NCBI GenBank assembly: GCA_000435675.1
Contig: FR895148.1
Span: 113,402 to 177,401 of the forward strand
DNA length: 64,000 nucleotides
Origin: Eggerthella sp. CAG:298
GTDB taxonomy: Bacteria > Actinomycetota > Coriobacteriia > Coriobacteriales > Eggerthellaceae
Reading direction: 5' to 3'
Part shown: positions 60,225 through 64,000 of the stretch, piece by piece
Layout of the letters: each line of letters begins with the position of its first letter
Position numbering within the stretch: position 1 is the first letter of the stretch
The notes under the pieces: model-generated
Told to the model about the DNA's origin: nothing
Seen by the model: only the letters and a program-made list of their open reading frames with translations
Database searches by the model: none
Made by a program: the position numbers and the translations under genes

Positions 60225-61136
60225 TCAGATGCCCTCACCGTATCCGAACCGACGGATCTGATTGATGTCGCGACGCCAGTTCTTCTTCACTTTGACCTGC
60301 AGGTCGAGATAGACCTTAGTGCCCAACAGCACCTCGAGATCCTTGCGCGCTTCGGTGCCGATGTGCTTGATGGTAGCGCCACCTTTGCCCACGAGGATGC
60401 CCTTTTGAGAATCGCGCTCTACATAGATGGTCGCATAGATGCGCGTGAGATGTTTACGGCGGTTATAACCCATCTCTTCGACCACCACCCCGATCGCATG
60501 AGGAACTTCGTCATAGACCGTGAAGAGGATCTTCTCGCGGATGAATTCCGCAACGATAACCTCCTGTGGTTGGTCGGTTTCCATGTCGGCTGGGAACCAA
60601 AGCGGACCTTCGGGAAGATAGTTCACCACAGCATCGACGAAGGCCTCGACATTCTCTCCCTCAAGCGCGCTCGTGACCACGATCTCATCCCAGCGAGCAA
60701 GCGCGCTTGCCGCTTCGATCTGCGCGGCGATCTCTTCTTCGCTTGCCGTAGCGCTCTTGGAGATGACCAGGATCTTCGGCGTATTCTTCGCATTCGCGAG
60801 CTGCGCGATCACCCATTCGTCTCCTGTACCGAGCGGCTCGGAGGCATCAAGCAGGAATGCTGCCACATCCACGCCTTCGAGCGCCTTGATCGCGGTGGTG
60901 TTCAGCTCTTCTCCAAGCGCATCATGAGGCTTGTGAAGCCCCGGCGTATCCACGATGACAAGCTGATAGTCTTCGGTGGTGTGGATCGCGCGGAAGCGAT
61001 GGCGCGTTGTCTGTGCGGTCGGTGAAGCGATCGCGAACTTCTTATGCATGATCGCGTTCAGCAACGTCGATTTGCCTGCGTTAGGTCGCCCGAGCAGCGT
61101 GACGAAACCTGATCTGAAACCCTGTTCTGCGTTCAT
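60225..61136 (-). CDS. era: GTPase Era
   Basis: G-domain motifs (GRPNAGKSTL, DTPG, SKSA) plus a C-terminal KH domain. Start placed at MNAEQG (Met 61136), directly abutting the dgkA stop. Confidence 0.9.
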   Translation of the reverse strand: MNAEQGFRSGFVTLLGRPNAGKSTLLNAIMHKKFAIASPTAQTTRHRFRAIHTTEDYQLVIVDTPGLHKPHDALGEELNTTAIKALEGVDVAAFLLDASEPLGTGDEWVIAQLANAKNTPKILVISKSATASEEEIAAQIEAASALARWDEIVVTSALEGENVEAFVDAVVNYLPEGPLWFPADMETDQPQEVIVAEFIREKILFTVYDEVPHAIGVVVEEMGYNRRKHLTRIYATIYVERDSQKGILVGKGGATIKHIGTEARKDLEVLLGTKVYLDLQVKVKKNWRRDINQIRRFGYGEGI

Positions 61137-61138
61137 GA

Positions 61139-61519
61139 TCACGCTCCAAAGACAAGGGCGAGCAACTTCGGGATGAAGATGATGCACCCGATGACGAACG
61201 ATGCAGCCGCGAAGAGGAGCACCGCTCCTGCAGCGCAGTCCTTCGCCTTGCCCGCGAGCACATGATAATCAGGGCTTGCAAGATCGACAATGTATTCCAA
61301 CGCTGAATTGAGCGCCTCGCCGCCGAGCACCAGCCCAAAACAAGCGACCACCACCAACCATTCGAAGGCGGAGATCTGACAGACGAAACCGAGGATGATC
61401 GTGATGAGCGCGCAGACGATGTCGATACGGAAGTTGCGCTCCCCACTTGCAAAGCGCACGCCCTTGAGCGCACAGCGCACGGAAGCGATGAAGGTGAAAT
61501 CTGAGTCCTTGAAAGCCAT
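61139..61519 (-). CDS. dgkA: Diacylglycerol / undecaprenol kinase (DgkA family)
   Basis: 126-aa three-TM protein with the DgkA signature ...GEALNSALE... Confidence 0.85.
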   Translation of the reverse strand: MAFKDSDFTFIASVRCALKGVRFASGERNFRIDIVCALITIILGFVCQISAFEWLVVVACFGLVLGGEALNSALEYIVDLASPDYHVLAGKAKDCAAGAVLLFAAASFVIGCIIFIPKLLALVFGA

Positions 61520-61527
61520 GCGAACCT

Positions 61528-62025
61528 CTACTCAGAAGAACCGCTCGCCTGAGAGCTCGCCTTGACTTCGTTCCACTGCGCCAAGAGCTCATCTTCGAGC
61601 GCCTCCATCTCGAGCGCTTCAGCTTCTTCGATGTGATCGTAGCCGCAGAGATGCAGCAGTCCGTGCGTGATGAGCAGGCTCACCTCTTCTTCAAGCGTGG
61701 TACCGAATTCTGCAGTTTGCGCGATAGCGACATCGGTAGCGATGATCACATCGCCCAGTTCGTATTCTTCGTTCTGATCGATCGCCTCACCTTCGAACGG
61801 AATGTTATCGCATTCGAACGAGAGCACATCGGTGGGCTTATCGATGCCACGATAGGCGCGATTCAGCTCGTGGATGCGTTCGTTCGAAACGAAGGTGACC
61901 GAAACACTGGTAGTTTGCGGGAGCTTACGGGAAGCGAGCACGAACGCGATGAGCTCTTCAAGGGGAAGACCGGCAAGCTTATCCTCGCCGTAGTCGAAAC
62001 GCAAAGCGATATCCATCTTACCCAT
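61528..62025 (-). CDS. ybeY: Endoribonuclease YbeY (rRNA maturation factor)
   Basis: Zinc motif HGLLHLCGYDH at the C-terminus. 165 aa. Confidence 0.9.
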   Translation of the reverse strand: MGKMDIALRFDYGEDKLAGLPLEELIAFVLASRKLPQTTSVSVTFVSNERIHELNRAYRGIDKPTDVLSFECDNIPFEGEAIDQNEEYELGDVIIATDVAIAQTAEFGTTLEEEVSLLITHGLLHLCGYDHIEEAEALEMEALEDELLAQWNEVKASSQASGSSE

Positions 62026-62030
62026 CCCCT

Positions 62031-63011
62031 CTACAAACGAAGGTTGTTCGCCTCGGCACGAGCATACGCCGCGATGATCTTCGAAACGAGCGAATTGCGC
62101 ACGACATCGCGCGTTTGGAATTCGATGAAGCCGATCTCATCGATCCCTTCGAGAACCTGACGTACTGTCTGAAGACCAGAAATGCCCTTGGGCAGGTCGG
62201 TCTGCGTCATGTCGCCCGTGATGACCATCTTCGAACCCATGCCAAGACGCGTGATGAACATCTTCATCTGTTGGGACGTGGTATTTTGCGCCTCGTCCAA
62301 GATGATGAAGCTGTCGTTCAAGGTTCGACCGCGCATGAATGCGAGCGGAGCGATCTCGATCACCCCTTCGGCGAGGAGCTTATTGGCGCGCACGGGATCC
62401 ATCATGTCGAAGAGCGCATCGTAAAGCGGACGAATATAGGGATCGATCTTCTCGGTGAGCGTTCCAGGCAGAAAGCCGAGGTTCTCCCCCGCCTCTACCA
62501 CCGGACGCGTGAGCAGGATGCGACCGACCTCCTTGCGATTGAGCGCAGCGACCGCCATAGCCATGGCAAGATAGGTCTTACCCGTACCAGCAGGGCCCAT
62601 ACCGAAGGTGATGGTCTTCGTGCGGATATAGTCGAGATACTCTTTCTGCATAGGAGTCTTCGGGCGAATCACGCGTCCTTTATAGGAAAGGACCACATCA
62701 TCATGAAGCTCTTTAGGGGCGTACTCCCCTTCGTGAAGGAGCGCGAGCGAGCGCTTGATCGACTCGACATCGGGCTCAACGCCTTGATCGATATCGGCGA
62801 GCATGTCCGAGATGAGCGTGGTGATACTGTCCACCTCGATGGGCGAACCCTCGATCTCGATCTGACTGCCCCGCACCGTGATGCGCGCCTGGAACGAATC
62901 CTGGATGAAACGCAGGTTCTCGTCGTTCGGTCCGAGCAGATTGCCGAGCAGTAGAGGGTCATTCAGATTGATGGATTGTGTTACTTCTTTTTGCATGCCT
63001 TCATCATACAA
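62031..63011 (-). CDS. phoH: PhoH-like ATPase (PhoH/YbeZ)
   Basis: Walker A GPAGTGKTYLAMA and the PhoH C-terminal domain. 326 aa. Upstream member of the conserved phoH-ybeY-dgkA-era-recO operon. Confidence 0.9.
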   Translation of the reverse strand: MYDEGMQKEVTQSINLNDPLLLGNLLGPNDENLRFIQDSFQARITVRGSQIEIEGSPIEVDSITTLISDMLADIDQGVEPDVESIKRSLALLHEGEYAPKELHDDVVLSYKGRVIRPKTPMQKEYLDYIRTKTITFGMGPAGTGKTYLAMAMAVAALNRKEVGRILLTRPVVEAGENLGFLPGTLTEKIDPYIRPLYDALFDMMDPVRANKLLAEGVIEIAPLAFMRGRTLNDSFIILDEAQNTTSQQMKMFITRLGMGSKMVITGDMTQTDLPKGISGLQTVRQVLEGIDEIGFIEFQTRDVVRNSLVSKIIAAYARAEANNLRL

Positions 63012-64000
63012 GATGAATCAAGTGCTGTTAAGGAAAGCTCACAAAGAGTCCCTTGTGGGATATCGCGAGGAGTCTCGACCTTGAAATAGGATTCGCTCAT
63101 GCCGATGCCCGGTGCCTCGATGAGCACGGCTTCGCTCGTTCCGATGCGGCGCAGGCCGTCTTCTTTGCGCAGGTCGCGAGCAAGCGCGAGAAGCCTTTTG
63201 AGACGTTGTTCTTTTGTGGGCGGATCGATCTGATCGCATCGCGTTGCCGCAGGCGTGCCTTCGCGCATCGAATAGCGAAAGGCATGGATCTTCGAGAATC
63301 GCGCCTGTTTCGCAAGCGAGAGCGTCTCTTCGAACTCTGCATCGGTCTCACCCGGAAATCCACAGATGATGTCACTCGATAGAGCGAGCGTGGGAAGCGC
63401 ACTGTAGAGATCCTCGCAAAGCCGCAGATAGAACTCCGCACCATAGGGGCGGTTCATCTCCTTGAGCACCTTGTCTGAGCCCGACTGCAAAGGCAGATGC
63501 AGGTGACGGCAGATACGCCCTTCAGCTTGCGCGATCCGCTCGATCATAGCGGGAGTGAGCGAAGCGGGCTCGACAGAAGAGATGCGGAAGCGCATTTCGT
63601 GGGTAGCTTCGATGAGCGCCGATAGGAGCGCATCGAGCGCCTGCTTCTCGAAACGATAGGATCCCAGGTCGATGCCAGAGAGCATCACTTCACGGATGCC
63701 CGCGTGCTCGAGCGCCTTTACTTCGGCAACGATCTCATCGAGTGGGCGTGAGAAGGCCTTTCCTCGTGCAACATGGACAATGCAATAGGTGCACGCATGA
63801 TCGCAACCATCTTGCACCTTCACCGACACACGAGCAGGAAAGGCAAGCCCGGTGCGACACGCGGGGTCGGTCGAGAGAAAGGCAGCTTTTTCGATGATCT
63901 CCACACGAGAATCGAGCGCACGATAGAAATCGGGAGAGATCGCTGCAGCGCAACCGGTGACCATCACGCGCGCATGGGTATTCTCGCGAAGAGCGCGGCG
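62981..64000 (-). CDS. mtaB: Radical SAM methylthiotransferase, MtaB-like (N-terminus outside window)
   Basis: Radical SAM motif CDHACTYC and a C-terminal TRAM domain. The frame stays open to the window end at 64000. This is the third MiaB-family paralog in the window. Confidence 0.8.
   Translation of the reverse strand, partial: RRALRENTHARVMVTGCAAAISPDFYRALDSRVEIIEKAAFLSTDPACRTGLAFPARVSVKVQDGCDHACTYCIVHVARGKAFSRPLDEIVAEVKALEHAGIREVMLSGIDLGSYRFEKQALDALLSALIEATHEMRFRISSVEPASLTPAMIERIAQAEGRICRHLHLPLQSGSDKVLKEMNRPYGAEFYLRLCEDLYSALPTLALSSDIICGFPGETDAEFEETLSLAKQARFSKIHAFRYSMREGTPAATRCDQIDPPTKEQRLKRLLALARDLRKEDGLRRIGTSEAVLIEAPGIGMSESYFKVETPRDIPQGTLCELSLTALDSSCMMKACKKK

Noticed and set aside
39067-64000. 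Three MiaB-like radical SAM methylthiotransferases in one window (39067-40428, 46840-48195, 62981-64000) as a possible recent duplication
   Set aside because: The three differ in sequence and sit in different conserved contexts: next to miaA, next to pgsA/recA, and next to phoH-ybeY. This matches the functionally distinct paralogs MiaB, RimO and MtaB found in most bacteria, so it is not a duplication event.

Overview
This 64-kb window is a gene-dense core chromosomal segment from a high-GC (about 58-60% by eye) Gram-positive bacterium. The organism is probably an Actinomycetota member such as Coriobacteriia (inference): RpsA has four S1 domains, recX sits next to recA, and there is a PgsA-CinA fusion, yet the gene order is Firmicutes-like. 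Nearly all of it is housekeeping. It encodes branched-chain amino-acid biosynthesis (ilvD', ilvBNC, leuCDB), serA, rpsA, mnmA, coaE and uvrB. A polyphosphate cluster follows (ppk1, ppx, two-domain ppk2), then a class-B-like sortase, purMNH, hisS-aspS, an L,D-transpeptidase, murI-rdgB, dut and nrdR. The SOS genes are lexA (three Cheo-type boxes in its divergent promoter) and recA-recX (one box upstream of recA). Further on are hflX-miaA-miaB, spoVS, rny, pgsA-cinA, rimO, yajQ, a RodZ-like protein, ftsK, rnj, dapAB, pnp-rpsO and the recO-era-dgkA-ybeY-phoH operon with a partial mtaB. I saw no transposase, integrase, CRISPR array, toxin-antitoxin pair or obvious defense island. The long antisense ORFs in the six-frame track are high-GC artifacts. 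Eight features merit a second look: (1) an orphan histidine-kinase-like (GHKL) ATPase sits exactly where Firmicutes place ymdB between rny and spoVS; (2) PPK1 carries a roughly 300-aa disordered C-terminal extension ending in a MinD/FtsA-like amphipathic helix; (3) a PHO-box-like palindrome lies upstream of ppk1; (4) a C-tail-anchored hypothetical protein is divergent from lexA under three LexA boxes and is a candidate SOS division inhibitor; (5) a membrane-anchored J-domain protein with an NPF-rich G/F-like linker is divergent from a large flippase-like membrane protein; (6) a PgsA-CinA(PncC) fusion; (7) a 427-bp structured leader or possible ncRNA upstream of rpsA; (8) basic low-complexity tails on RNase J and PNPase. 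All functional calls rest on motifs read from the translations. No database search was run.
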